From assembly GCA_026706845.1 (NCBI GenBank), contig JAPOXY010000135.1, forward strand, positions 5,266 through 69,265: a stretch of DNA of 64,000 nt, read 5' to 3'. The notes below the pieces were generated by a model. It was not told where the DNA came from. It saw only the letters and a program-made list of their open reading frames with translations, and did not search any database. This stretch comes from Gemmatimonadota bacterium. GTDB lineage: Bacteria; Latescibacterota; UBA2968. Below are positions 50,828 through 60,123 of the stretch, one piece after another. The position numbers and the translations under genes are program-made. Within the stretch, counting starts at the first letter, position 1, and each line of letters opens with the position of its first letter.

Positions 50828-52762
50828 TTATTGTAAATCGATTTCCAGTTGCAAATAATCGTACATAACGCCAAAGTGAGGATAGTTCTGTCGTTGTCCG
50901 CGGTGTTTTTTTAGTGGGAGGAGGTCGAGTGTCAACACATTCTCTCCTGCACGCAACAGCGACGCATCAAACGCAATAAAGTGCTCACTGAAGCGCCCGT
51001 AGATGCCACTGCGAGGAAGCGCACTGTCGTTCTCCAAACCGGTAATCTCGTCCAGAGGTTTGCCATTGAGGCCGATAGCGATACCCCCATCGCGATTCAC
51101 CGCCGCCAGGGCGATTGTGAGGGTCGCACGTCCGGACACTGGCTTATCATCGTATTGAAATCGGATCTTCCAGGCAGGCAGTCGCCAGTTGCCTTCTCCA
51201 GTCCGGTCAGCAGGCTGTATGCGGGGTTGCCATCCGCCTTTCTCTTCCCAAATTGCCATCTGTGCATAATTCCAGTCGCTTCGCTCTTTGCTCTTTCCGA
51301 CCGCGAAATCGACATCCTCGGGAAAATCCTTCTGGTAATTGAACCATAGCCCCCAGTGGCGATGGTCATCTCCGCGTCGAAATTCAGCAGCAGTTCGGTC
51401 TGGTTTTCCGACACGCCAGAGCAACTTGCCGAAAGAACGGGGTGACCACTGCAGACTGCCGAGTTTGACTTCGCCGGTTGCGTCGATCGTGACGTCATCT
51501 TTTCTAAACTCGCCAATCATGTCAGGGGCAAATGCATAAAGCGTATATCTTCCTTTTCGGACAGCCGGTATTGCAAAGGAACCATCAGCCGCCATCCTGG
51601 CGCGGTAGATGTAGTTCTCTGCGCCTTGCTGCTGCCAGTCCAGTCCTCGATATTCCTGGGGCCGCGCCAGAACGACCCATCCATTGCTGTGGTGTGTCAG
51701 ACCCGTATCTTTGAATTGTCCCGTAACCACAGCCCTGTCGATCGGGTACTCCGGATGTTGTAGCCAGCTGTAGGGCCAGTGCTTTCGGTGTTTTTCACCC
51801 TCGCGCTTTGCATCATACCACAAATGCCGGGCATCTTCACCTTTGTTCATATAAACAAATACCGGCCCGAAGATCTTCTCCCATTTACCGCTGACGTAAT
51901 CCCCTCTGCTGCCGTAGTGGTGAGAATAGAGCAGCTTCAGGATGATCGGACCCCGATCAGTCGCGTGGCTGGTATTGTGTTGTTTTGTCGGACCGCCGCA
52001 GAGGTATTCATTGCTCGGCGTGACCATCCACACGCCCTGCTTTCCATTGTGCAAACCGTGTACAAGAGCCTCCTGAGTTGGAGATGACCAGTTATACTTT
52101 GTATCCACTTCTCCCGATTGGAGCGCATGTGTGGCATCCATCACCATGCCCTTTGCGCTGGATATTGCCTTGCTATCCGGAATCACACCAGAGAGTTTGT
52201 CATTGACCCTGATATTCACCATCGAATCGTTTAGGCGCATCCCAAAACGAAGCTGTGTCAGTACGGCGTCGCCCGTATCCCCGGGTTTGCTGGCCACAAC
52301 ATAATAATAGAACCCCGAATCACCCGCTCTCAAGACATAATGGAGTTCCATCTTGAACGGGAAACCTGCGGGTTGTTTGGGGGTGAATGAAACATCGATC
52401 ATTTCCGGGTTGTTGACGTGGATGTTGAACTCGGGGTTTTGGTCGCGCAAAAATTTTGCCCTCGCACTCGACTCTTTACCCGCCATATAGTTTGTATCCG
52501 AATCATCGACATAACTGGCCAGGATGGTGAAATATCCAAACTGCCTGGGAGATAGGAGAGAGTCCCCCTGATGTTCCAACGAGATAATCCGCCCCGTAGA
52601 TTTTTGGATCGTCATCGAAACGGAATTGTTCTCGAGGATGATTCTATTGCCAGATTCAACAAGCATCGAAGCCTCTGCGAAAACCGGCGTGCTGATCATA
52701 CACTGGATGGATATAAGCAGAATGCACGCCGCGAATCTGCCAAATCCAATCTTTTTGAACAT
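50828..52762 (-). CDS. Secreted polysaccharide-lyase-like protein. The weak resemblance to PL4 rhamnogalacturonan lyase architecture is an unverified impression.
   Basis: Signal peptide 'MFKKIGFGRFAACILLISIQCMISTPVFAEA'. ~640 aa of beta-sandwich-like sequence. Family assignment tentative. Confidence 0.55.
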   Translation of the reverse strand: MFKKIGFGRFAACILLISIQCMISTPVFAEASMLVESGNRIILENNSVSMTIQKSTGRIISLEHQGDSLLSPRQFGYFTILASYVDDSDTNYMAGKESSARAKFLRDQNPEFNIHVNNPEMIDVSFTPKQPAGFPFKMELHYVLRAGDSGFYYYVVASKPGDTGDAVLTQLRFGMRLNDSMVNIRVNDKLSGVIPDSKAISSAKGMVMDATHALQSGEVDTKYNWSSPTQEALVHGLHNGKQGVWMVTPSNEYLCGGPTKQHNTSHATDRGPIILKLLYSHHYGSRGDYVSGKWEKIFGPVFVYMNKGEDARHLWYDAKREGEKHRKHWPYSWLQHPEYPIDRAVVTGQFKDTGLTHHSNGWVVLARPQEYRGLDWQQQGAENYIYRARMAADGSFAIPAVRKGRYTLYAFAPDMIGEFRKDDVTIDATGEVKLGSLQWSPRSFGKLLWRVGKPDRTAAEFRRGDDHRHWGLWFNYQKDFPEDVDFAVGKSKERSDWNYAQMAIWEEKGGWQPRIQPADRTGEGNWRLPAWKIRFQYDDKPVSGRATLTIALAAVNRDGGIAIGLNGKPLDEITGLENDSALPRSGIYGRFSEHFIAFDASLLRAGENVLTLDLLPLKKHRGQRQNYPHFGVMYDYLQLEIDLQ

Positions 52763-52916
52763 TTTGTGTTTTTCTATGAAGTGTTGCACAACGAAATATC
52801 TTGATTGAGGTTCATTTTTGTATGTACTATTATACCAGTAGTTCTACACTCACGTTGTCTTGCGCTACACCGATCCGGTAGCGCGGACTGAACTCGAAAC
52901 AATGGGAAGAATACAT

Positions 52917-54326
52917 ATGACACAAGAACGACCACACATACTCATTCTTACGGCGGACCAGCTACGGGCGGATTCTATGGGTTGCGCCGGTCATCCACGG
53001 GTCAAAACGCCGGTCATTGACTCGCTTGCCAACGACGGCATGCGGTTCAGCAATTGCCACACCGTGTCGCCGGTCTGCCAGCCGTCGCGCGTGTCGTTCA
53101 TCACTGGCACCTACCCTCACAACCACGGCATCTGGTACAACCGCGGCGAACTGCCGATCAACTACCCGACGCTATTCTCCCAATTGCGGGACGCTGGCTA
53201 CCACACGGCAACCGTGGGCAAGTCTCACCTCTGGAGCCACAAGAAGGTGTCTCATTTGCGCGAAGGCGAGCCGTATCTGCAAGCGCTCGGCTTTGACGAC
53301 ATTGACGAACTCGGTGGACCGCGGGGGAGTCTCAACTCGGACTCGTACTTCACCGACTACCTGCGCGAGAAAGATCTGTTCGAGCTCTTCGTCAGCGACA
53401 CGCGCGAACGGGTTCGCGACCCAAAGCTCGTCAAACCGGCGGTGTTTGAGGAGGACGACCACATGGACGGGTACGTGGGCAGGCGCTCGGTCGAGTTCGT
53501 CGATTCTGCGCCCGGGGACCGTCCGACCTGTCTGTTCGTCAATTTCCCCGGACCACATGACCCGTGGGACGCGCCGGGGAAGTACGCCACCATGTACGAT
53601 CCGTCCGATTCGCCACCCGCCATCGGCGTGCCACCACGCCCCGCCACGCTCCCCGACGAGGTCGCCCAAAAGGAGGACTTCAAGACGGAGCCGGGCCTGA
53701 CCGCCGAAATCGCCGCTGCGATCCGGGCAAATTACGATGGCAAGATCACATTCGTCGATCACTGGTGCGGTGAGATCCTTGCGGCGTATGAACGACGTGG
53801 CTGGCTCGATGATCTCTGCGTCGTGTTCTGGTCCGATCACGGCGAAATGACCGGCGATCACGGCAGGGTGTTCAAACGCACCTTTCACGAATCTGCATTG
53901 CGGGTCCCCCTGATCCTGCGCTGGCCCGGACGGATACCGGCCGGTACTGTCTGCGACGCACTGGTGGAAACCATTGACGTCGGCCCTGCCTTGCTGGAAG
54001 CCTTGGGGCTCGACCAGTTGCAGATGTCCCTTGGGCAGTCGCTGGGGCATCTGTTCGCGGATCCGACCGCGCACCACCGCACCGAGGTGTTGTCAGAGAT
54101 TTTCTACGGCGGTTCGCGCAATACGATGGTGAAAACCGAACGCCACAAGTACGTCATGGATCAGCACGGCAGGGGGTACATGCTGTACGACATGCAGCAG
54201 GACCCGGATGAGCAGCACAATCTGATCGGCGATCCCGAGCATCGGGATACGGAAAACGAGATGCGGGACACGCTGCTTCGTCGCCTCGCTGCCAGCGCGT
54301 TTGTCATGGACAGCGTGAACCTTTGA
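52917..54326 (+). CDS. Formylglycine-dependent sulfatase, no signal peptide.
   Basis: 'MTQERPHILILTADQLRADSMGCAG', 'CQPSRVSFITG'. The track ORF begins at the TTG at 52860; the ATG at 52917 is preferred. Confidence 0.9.
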   Translation: MTQERPHILILTADQLRADSMGCAGHPRVKTPVIDSLANDGMRFSNCHTVSPVCQPSRVSFITGTYPHNHGIWYNRGELPINYPTLFSQLRDAGYHTATVGKSHLWSHKKVSHLREGEPYLQALGFDDIDELGGPRGSLNSDSYFTDYLREKDLFELFVSDTRERVRDPKLVKPAVFEEDDHMDGYVGRRSVEFVDSAPGDRPTCLFVNFPGPHDPWDAPGKYATMYDPSDSPPAIGVPPRPATLPDEVAQKEDFKTEPGLTAEIAAAIRANYDGKITFVDHWCGEILAAYERRGWLDDLCVVFWSDHGEMTGDHGRVFKRTFHESALRVPLILRWPGRIPAGTVCDALVETIDVGPALLEALGLDQLQMSLGQSLGHLFADPTAHHRTEVLSEIFYGGSRNTMVKTERHKYVMDQHGRGYMLYDMQQDPDEQHNLIGDPEHRDTENEMRDTLLRRLAASAFVMDSVNL

Positions 54327-54350
54327 AAACAGCCTCCGAGACCTGCACGT

Positions 54351-55277
54351 CTAATTAGCAACGATTCTCTGATCAGAAGCACGCGTTTCGCTATTTTCAT
54401 CCCCAAAAGCCGCGTTGTCTTCGTCATAATACCTGTTGTATCGTATGTTATTCCCACCGCTTACCCACACGGCGCGAAACAGCGTTTGCCGTTTTGGCGG
54501 CATTGTAGCAATCACTTCTTTGGGTACGCTACGACCTCCCCACCTGCTATTTACGGCATTGTAGAGGTGAAATAAGCTCAACCGCTGGCGATTTTTGTTT
54601 GTCCACCGAGTACCGGTATGGCATAGTGCTTCTGTGAAGATCAGCGCAGAACCTGCAGGACATGTATATGTATCCCAAATTTCGCTCTCGCGGTTGCTCA
54701 ATGACTCAGGTCGGCTAAATGCTGCCTTGTGGCTACCAGAAGCCAGCATGGTGCCCCCGTCACCCGGCCCGATCTCATTCAATTCCCAAACCACGCGTGT
54801 CAAACCTGAATGCACCTTGCCTGGAAGCATCTGGTAGATGTGTGAATTTCCGATGAGATTGAAATAGCCGCTGCCCCCGTGAGGCTTGAATTGATCGTAT
54901 CCCACCTCGCGATAGTCAGTGCGTGTGCGCTCAAATGTAAACCCATAACAGTCCTCGGTTGCCAACTGCTGACTTGCAACAATCTCATTCAAAATCCCGA
55001 CAATCACGGGATGATCCAGCAGTGCTTGAGAAGGTCCTCCCACCGGATTCCGTTCTTCTGGCGGGAGTGACTCAGGCTCCTTAACGAGCTTCATCTGGTG
55101 TTCGTGAATCTCTGCCAACTGATCGCCCTCAACCAATCCCGGCAGGCAAATCCAGCCTTTCATATCAAACAGGTACTTGTGCTCTTCGGTCATAGGAATG
55201 ACCGGGAGCCCATCGGCATTGGTTGTCGGTAACATTTTGCCCGCATCAGGCTCCAGGTTTGGACGTCCTCGATTCAT
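54351..55277 (-). CDS. PhyH-like Fe(II)/2OG dioxygenase (paralog 8).
   Basis: 'YLFDMKGWICLPGLVEG', 'KPHGGSGY', 'EALCHTGTRW'. AAAGGAG Shine-Dalgarno before the ATG at 55277. Divergent family member, lower confidence on exact fold. Confidence 0.65.
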   Translation of the reverse strand: MNRGRPNLEPDAGKMLPTTNADGLPVIPMTEEHKYLFDMKGWICLPGLVEGDQLAEIHEHQMKLVKEPESLPPEERNPVGGPSQALLDHPVIVGILNEIVASQQLATEDCYGFTFERTRTDYREVGYDQFKPHGGSGYFNLIGNSHIYQMLPGKVHSGLTRVVWELNEIGPGDGGTMLASGSHKAAFSRPESLSNRESEIWDTYTCPAGSALIFTEALCHTGTRWTNKNRQRLSLFHLYNAVNSRWGGRSVPKEVIATMPPKRQTLFRAVWVSGGNNIRYNRYYDEDNAAFGDENSETRASDQRIVAN

Positions 55278-55461
55278 AGCACCTAACTCCTTTCTGTCAT
55301 TGCGGTTTTCCTTCAGGTTGTTGGGATAAGGCATGTTAATACGTTAATCGCTTGCTGGCAATTCAATTTGCTGAGTGTTCTGAGCCTGATGTCAAAAAAA
55401 GCAGGGAGTTGACATTTCCTTTGCAGGGTTTGCGTGAATGCTCAAAATGTAGTCACAAAAA

Positions 55462-55491
55462 AATGCCAATCAGCGATTGGCATTTTTTTGT
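55462..55491. terminator. Bidirectional rho-independent terminator: A-run, 10-bp stem aatgccaatc / gattggcatt with a 4-nt loop, then T-run.
   Basis: aaaaaaatgccaatcagcgattggcatttttttg read directly. Sits 3' of the sigma-fusion gene and 5' of the PhyH gene. Confidence 0.6.
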
Positions 55492-55525
55492 TATGTATTA
55501 CGCCATAAAAAACCGACCGGAGGCA

Positions 55526-57754
55526 TCAATCCGAATTGCGCTGCACCTGATTGATGCTACCGATAAATCCAAATGAGCCTAAGGGCACGTCGTCGTGGCA
55601 GCCATCCAGAATTTGCCTGCACCCTTCAAGCGTATCTTGCAGAGCCACGGTTTCGCCCGGCTTGCCTATCCAAGATTCTGTACCGTGATAGGGTTGTGTG
55701 AGAAAGAGGGCCAAACGCCGGGCGCGTAATGCAAGATCTCTTATATTTTCATCAATCAGGCTTTCAACCAGACGCCCTTCTTTGAATGCCGCCTGTAGAT
55801 TCTGGTTATCGTATTGCACAAGCGTTTGTCTCACCTGCGCCACCGTTTCTTTGTGAGCCATCTCAAGCCGGTTGTCACTCAGAAGGATTGAGCGCGACCG
55901 CTGAGGATCAATTGCTGGATACAGAGCCTCCTTGGCTCGGTGACCGCTCATGGCAATAACAGCATCTAAAAAACCGAAAGTATTACCATTGAGATCTGAG
56001 GGTTGACATCCCCAATAAAAGGTGGTAATGGCTGCTTCTGGTGTGACGAGCGCGCGCGATCTGAGAAATGGGATGATGCCTTTTTTTTGCGCCAATCCAG
56101 CTTCTACGATCAGCAGGACATTATGGCCCTGGTTGTGAAAGCCATCGGCTATGGTCAGGCCTGTTTCAACAACATGGTGGTGCCTGGTTTCAGCGTCTTT
56201 TTCACGAGCCAGTACAAAGACGGTGTTCTCTTCTAACAGCTTGCCATCGCAAACGAACTCCCGCCATTCTTTAAACTTCACCGCTGGATCTTCTCCGGCA
56301 AATCCCACAAAAACGATTCGGCCATTATGTTGCGCAATAAAGTTGCGGGCAATCTGCTCACCCAGCATCAGTACGCCCACACCAATGCACTTCTCCACAC
56401 CAACGTGGCCACCCCGCTTAAATGGCGCAAAAAGATCTACGGCCTTAATGCCGGTTTCAAGAATCGGCAAAACAGCGTCTTTAACCCCACCGCATACAAG
56501 CTGTTGCTCCGAATCGCTTATTGGATCTTCGCTGTCTATGGGTGCGCAGTCTGCATCTATCATGCGTCCGAGAACCGAAGCACCGGCAATGACTGAGCGA
56601 GATTGAGATACAGGTTTTGTTTTTTCCAATGGTTTGCGTACGGGAACACTTGGCTTTTTTGCCCCGCGCTTCACCAAAAGATTCACCAAATTCTGGCGGC
56701 CCTTTAGCGCTGCCCAGTCAGTGGCGGTATAGCCTTTTGCATCTACGGCCTCGATTTCGGCATTTGCATTGAGAAGCAGTTCTACCAGGACCTCGTCGCC
56801 GCGCATCACTGCGCGATGCAATGGCGTGTGTTTACACCAGCCTCTCGCTTCGACGTTGGCCTTTCTGTCCAGCAGCATTTGAGCCATCTGGTGCTGTCCC
56901 TGCATAACTGCATTCAATAGTGGGGTGTTTCCGCCCTTGTCTGCGGTGTTTATGTCTACCCCATGTTTGAGCAATAGATCCACCATGGGCTCATCACCGA
57001 CCGATGTCGCCCATGTCATGGGTGTCGTTCCCGGGTTGACATTCTGGTCGGCGCCTGTCCACCAATCGGCTTCAGCCTGGGCGAGTGAAGCATCGGCGTC
57101 TAACAATGTTGAAGCTGTTTCTATATCTCTCTGTTTCAAAGCGATAAAGAATCGCACTCTCGTAGCAAACGATTCGTCTGGTTGGTTTTGTTGCAGTGTT
57201 TCTTTGACCATGTTCTCCATCCTTTTTTTCAGCCCTTTTCGGGCATCGTAAAGTCGTTTCCCAACGGTTCCGACCGACACACCCAAGAACTTCGCGATTT
57301 CCTTTTGTGAATACCCCTCCAGGTAGAAGAGGGCAATGGCTTCGCGTTGTGCGCTCGGCAAAGCATTAATGGCGTCTCGCACTTCATGGCGGGTTTGCTG
57401 TTGGGTGAAAAGCACCTCTGGATTGGGCAGATCTGAAGGCAGGGTTTGAATCTCTGCTGGATCCATCATTAGAGGCCGCGACTTGCGCAGTTGGCGGTCG
57501 CTGTGTTTAACCACAAAGCGGCGAAACCAGGCCGGAAACGCAGCGGGTTCTCGCAAAGTATCCAGGCAGAGAAAAGCCTCAATAAAAGCTTCCTGTGCGG
57601 CATCCTGAGCCAGGTGAAAATCGCCGGTCTGAGCATAAGCGCTGGCATATGCCATGCTCTGGTAACGAGAAACAATATGCCCGAAAGCTTCGCTTTTGCC
57701 CAACTGAGCTGCTCGAACCAGGGTGTCTAACTTTTTTGTCTTTGGTGTTTCCAT
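55526..57754 (-). CDS. Fusion protein of an ECF sigma-70 factor (regions 2 and 4), ankyrin repeats, and a degenerate F1/T3SS-ATPase beta-subunit-like domain (pseudo-ATPase).
   Basis: Sigma region 2 'GHIVSRYQSMAYASAYAQTGDFHLAQDAAQEAFIEAF' and region 4 'SAQREAIALFYLEGYSQKEIAKFLGVSVGTVGKRLYDARKGL'. Ankyrin repeats 'GNTPLLNAVMQG..', 'HTPLHRAVMRGDEVLVELLL', 'GYTATDWAALKG'. ATPase-beta-like blocks 'LETGIKAVDLFAPFKRGGHVGV', 'GHNVLLIVEAG', 'ALYPAIDP', 'RRLALFLTQPY', 'QILDGCHDDVPLGSFGFIGSI'. The Walker A position reads 'EKCIGVGVL' (no GKT). Start codon uncertain: the track ORF starts at the TTG at 57799; the ATG at 57754 lies 15 nt after an AGGAGG. Confidence 0.75.
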   Translation of the reverse strand: METPKTKKLDTLVRAAQLGKSEAFGHIVSRYQSMAYASAYAQTGDFHLAQDAAQEAFIEAFLCLDTLREPAAFPAWFRRFVVKHSDRQLRKSRPLMMDPAEIQTLPSDLPNPEVLFTQQQTRHEVRDAINALPSAQREAIALFYLEGYSQKEIAKFLGVSVGTVGKRLYDARKGLKKRMENMVKETLQQNQPDESFATRVRFFIALKQRDIETASTLLDADASLAQAEADWWTGADQNVNPGTTPMTWATSVGDEPMVDLLLKHGVDINTADKGGNTPLLNAVMQGQHQMAQMLLDRKANVEARGWCKHTPLHRAVMRGDEVLVELLLNANAEIEAVDAKGYTATDWAALKGRQNLVNLLVKRGAKKPSVPVRKPLEKTKPVSQSRSVIAGASVLGRMIDADCAPIDSEDPISDSEQQLVCGGVKDAVLPILETGIKAVDLFAPFKRGGHVGVEKCIGVGVLMLGEQIARNFIAQHNGRIVFVGFAGEDPAVKFKEWREFVCDGKLLEENTVFVLAREKDAETRHHHVVETGLTIADGFHNQGHNVLLIVEAGLAQKKGIIPFLRSRALVTPEAAITTFYWGCQPSDLNGNTFGFLDAVIAMSGHRAKEALYPAIDPQRSRSILLSDNRLEMAHKETVAQVRQTLVQYDNQNLQAAFKEGRLVESLIDENIRDLALRARRLALFLTQPYHGTESWIGKPGETVALQDTLEGCRQILDGCHDDVPLGSFGFIGSINQVQRNSD

Positions 57755-57928
57755 AAATACTGTAGAAGGCCTCCTATATTTAAGTCCCATTTGGGTCAAA
57801 AAATATTACATGGTCAAAGAAATTATTTTTGAACACGGTTTGTTTTCAAACAGAGAGAATTTGCCCACGAGATTGATTAAATGCATGTGTGAAGAAGATG
57901 AGGCAGGTTTGGTGAGAAAATCAAGTGA

Positions 57929-58735
57929 TTACTGGCTGAGGCACACCCGTTGTCGAGTGGCGATTTCCTTTTTGTCGGTGTAGTGCGCCGTTTCGAGCAA
58001 TTCGAGTGTTTCGGGCGCCAGCCGCTCTTTGACCGCCTCAGGAATGGGACGGCCGGGCTGGCGGTGGTGTGGGCGGTAGCGCAACGTTAACACCCGGCGT
58101 TGGCGATCGACGGGTTTCCAGGGCAGGACCCCGTGGGTAAGGCATTCGGGTATAATGACCACATCCCCAGCTGAGGGCGTGATATTGATGACTCCCAACG
58201 GTACTTCTCCTTCGATGCGACCCTGGGAAAATAGCTGCGGTGGCCGGTCAAACTGGCTTTTGTGCGAACCCGGGAGCACGAGGAGCCCGCCATCACCTGG
58301 ATGTACATCGTCCAGGTAGGGAAACACCACAAAGTCGTCGCAATAGATACGGCCCTGATGTATCTCGTAACGGGCGCTCTCAAAGCCGTAGTCGTCGCGG
58401 GCGCAGTGCAGCGGACTCGCCTCGGTGTGTCCGTCGGGATCGTCGACCATGAGGGTACCGCTGGCGAGCATAGGTTTGCCGTTTGTCAGCTCCAGCACGA
58501 TGGGCCAGACTGCGGGCAGAAAGACCAGATTTTCCAGCGCCCGGTCAAAGGCGAAGCCGTGAGCAAAGCCCTTGAGATTTTCTGATTGTCCGAAATGCGG
58601 CGGCAGGTCTTCCGGTGCGCTGTCGATGTAGCGCCTGGCAGCCTCCGAAGCCGCATCCAGTTCCTCCGGAGTCAGGACGTTCTTCAGGTGCAGAAAACCG
58701 CATAGATCAAAAAGATAGCGTTGTTCTTCGGTCAT
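57929..58735 (-). CDS. PhyH-family Fe(II)/2OG dioxygenase (paralog 9).
   Basis: 'LFDLCGFLHLKNVLTPEEL', 'PLHCARDDY', 'ECLTHGVLPW'. Confidence 0.75.
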   Translation of the reverse strand: MTEEQRYLFDLCGFLHLKNVLTPEELDAASEAARRYIDSAPEDLPPHFGQSENLKGFAHGFAFDRALENLVFLPAVWPIVLELTNGKPMLASGTLMVDDPDGHTEASPLHCARDDYGFESARYEIHQGRIYCDDFVVFPYLDDVHPGDGGLLVLPGSHKSQFDRPPQLFSQGRIEGEVPLGVINITPSAGDVVIIPECLTHGVLPWKPVDRQRRVLTLRYRPHHRQPGRPIPEAVKERLAPETLELLETAHYTDKKEIATRQRVCLSQ

Positions 58736-59015
58736 TATCGTCAGCCTTGCCTTTCGTCAAAACAGTGAATTTGGACCCCTTAGAATCAAAGAAGCTATTT
58801 TCCGTTGTTGTCATAGTCCCACCGCGAACACTCACGCACCATCGGCAGTGGGCGAGATGTAAAATCATCTTTGAACAGTTTCTAAACTTTGTTAAGTTTT
58901 TGTTATGATCTTGCCCAGTTCCCAACCCTATTGAGGCTTAAGTCTATGAAACCCATGGCGCGTTTGTCGTTTTGCATACCTGCAGATCAGCGAGTAGATT
59001 TCCAGGAGGCCTTCC

Positions 59016-60062
59016 ATGGCTGATCCCAAAATCCTGGTGCTGGGCGGTCCCGAGCGCGATCTCTATCTGGCCCCGGCCGATCTGGAGCGCCTGGATAGCT
59101 TTGCGAATTGGACATGGCTCCCCTGTGAAGCGGGTCAGGTCCAGTCCGGTCACCAGACCGAATTGTCGCGACGGCTGGCGTCCGTCCAGGCCCTGGTCGT
59201 CTATTCGGGGGCGCCCCATATCGGCCCCGAACTCATGGAACAGGCCCCCGAGCTACGCCTCATCGGCGAATTGAACGGCGATCGTTTCGCCGAGCGCATC
59301 GACGTGGAGGCGGCCTGGCAACGGGATATCCGCGTTGTTGACACCACCAATGGCTCGTCCTACCCTGTCTCTGAGTGGGCCCTGGGCCTTATTCTCGTAT
59401 CGTTGCGCAACGCCGGTTATTATCTGCGCCGCTACATGGAGGGAAATTGCCGCAAAACCCGCGACAACCCCAGCTTCCTGCGCGGCGAATTAACCGGCAA
59501 GACCGTGGGACTGATCGGCTGCGGCCATGCCGGCCGTCGCCTAATAGAATTGCTGCGCCCTTTCCGGGTCGCCATTCAGGTTTACGACCCCTACCTGCCT
59601 GGAACCATGGCCGAAGCTCTGGGCTTTCTCCTGACCTCACTCGAACAGGTCCTGTCGAGCTCCGATGCGATTGTCTGTCTGGCCCCGCAGACCCCCGGGA
59701 CCCAGGGCATGATCGGTCGGGCAGAACTGGATCTGATCCCCTCGGGGGCTGTACTGGTCAACGTCTCCCGCGGTCCCATCATTGATTCGGTCGCCCTGGT
59801 CGAACGCCTCAAGCGCGGCGATATTATCGCTGGCCTCGATGTTTTCGACCCCGACCCTATCCCCGACGGCCACGAAATAACCGGGCTGGACAATGTATTC
59901 CTTACGCCCCATATCGCCGGCGTCACCCGGGCCGCCTACTGGCGCTTTTTCGAGCTGATGGTGGACGAACTGGACCGCTTTTTCCACGGCTTTGAGCCCT
60001 ATTTCGAATTGACCCAGCGCACCCTGGACGACCGCAGTGGCCGTCGCCCCGCCACTTATTAA
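59016..60062 (+). CDS. D-isomer-specific 2-hydroxyacid dehydrogenase (NAD-binding) family protein.
   Basis: Rossmann 'GKTVGLIGCGHAGRRL', 'LVNVSRGPIID', 'LDVFDPDP', 'FLTPHIAG'. AGGAGG Shine-Dalgarno. Confidence 0.85.
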   Translation: MADPKILVLGGPERDLYLAPADLERLDSFANWTWLPCEAGQVQSGHQTELSRRLASVQALVVYSGAPHIGPELMEQAPELRLIGELNGDRFAERIDVEAAWQRDIRVVDTTNGSSYPVSEWALGLILVSLRNAGYYLRRYMEGNCRKTRDNPSFLRGELTGKTVGLIGCGHAGRRLIELLRPFRVAIQVYDPYLPGTMAEALGFLLTSLEQVLSSSDAIVCLAPQTPGTQGMIGRAELDLIPSGAVLVNVSRGPIIDSVALVERLKRGDIIAGLDVFDPDPIPDGHEITGLDNVFLTPHIAGVTRAAYWRFFELMVDELDRFFHGFEPYFELTQRTLDDRSGRRPATY

Positions 60063-60123
60063 AAAGAGGTCGGTTTAGTGATTACTCCCACCCTAAAGGA
60101 CAAATATTTATGGTCTTCATTTT

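Noticed and set aside
53172-54077. 301-aa minus-strand ORF inside the sulfatase 52917..54326
   Set aside because: It is antisense to a gene with clear sulfatase motifs. Its Arg/Gly/Pro-rich composition is typical of spurious antisense frames in high-GC coding DNA.
57800-57928. Possible ECF-type or sigma70 promoter (TTGACC ... ) upstream of the sigma-fusion gene
   Set aside because: The hexamer spacing does not fit a canonical -35/-10 pair. It is too speculative to call without transcription start data.
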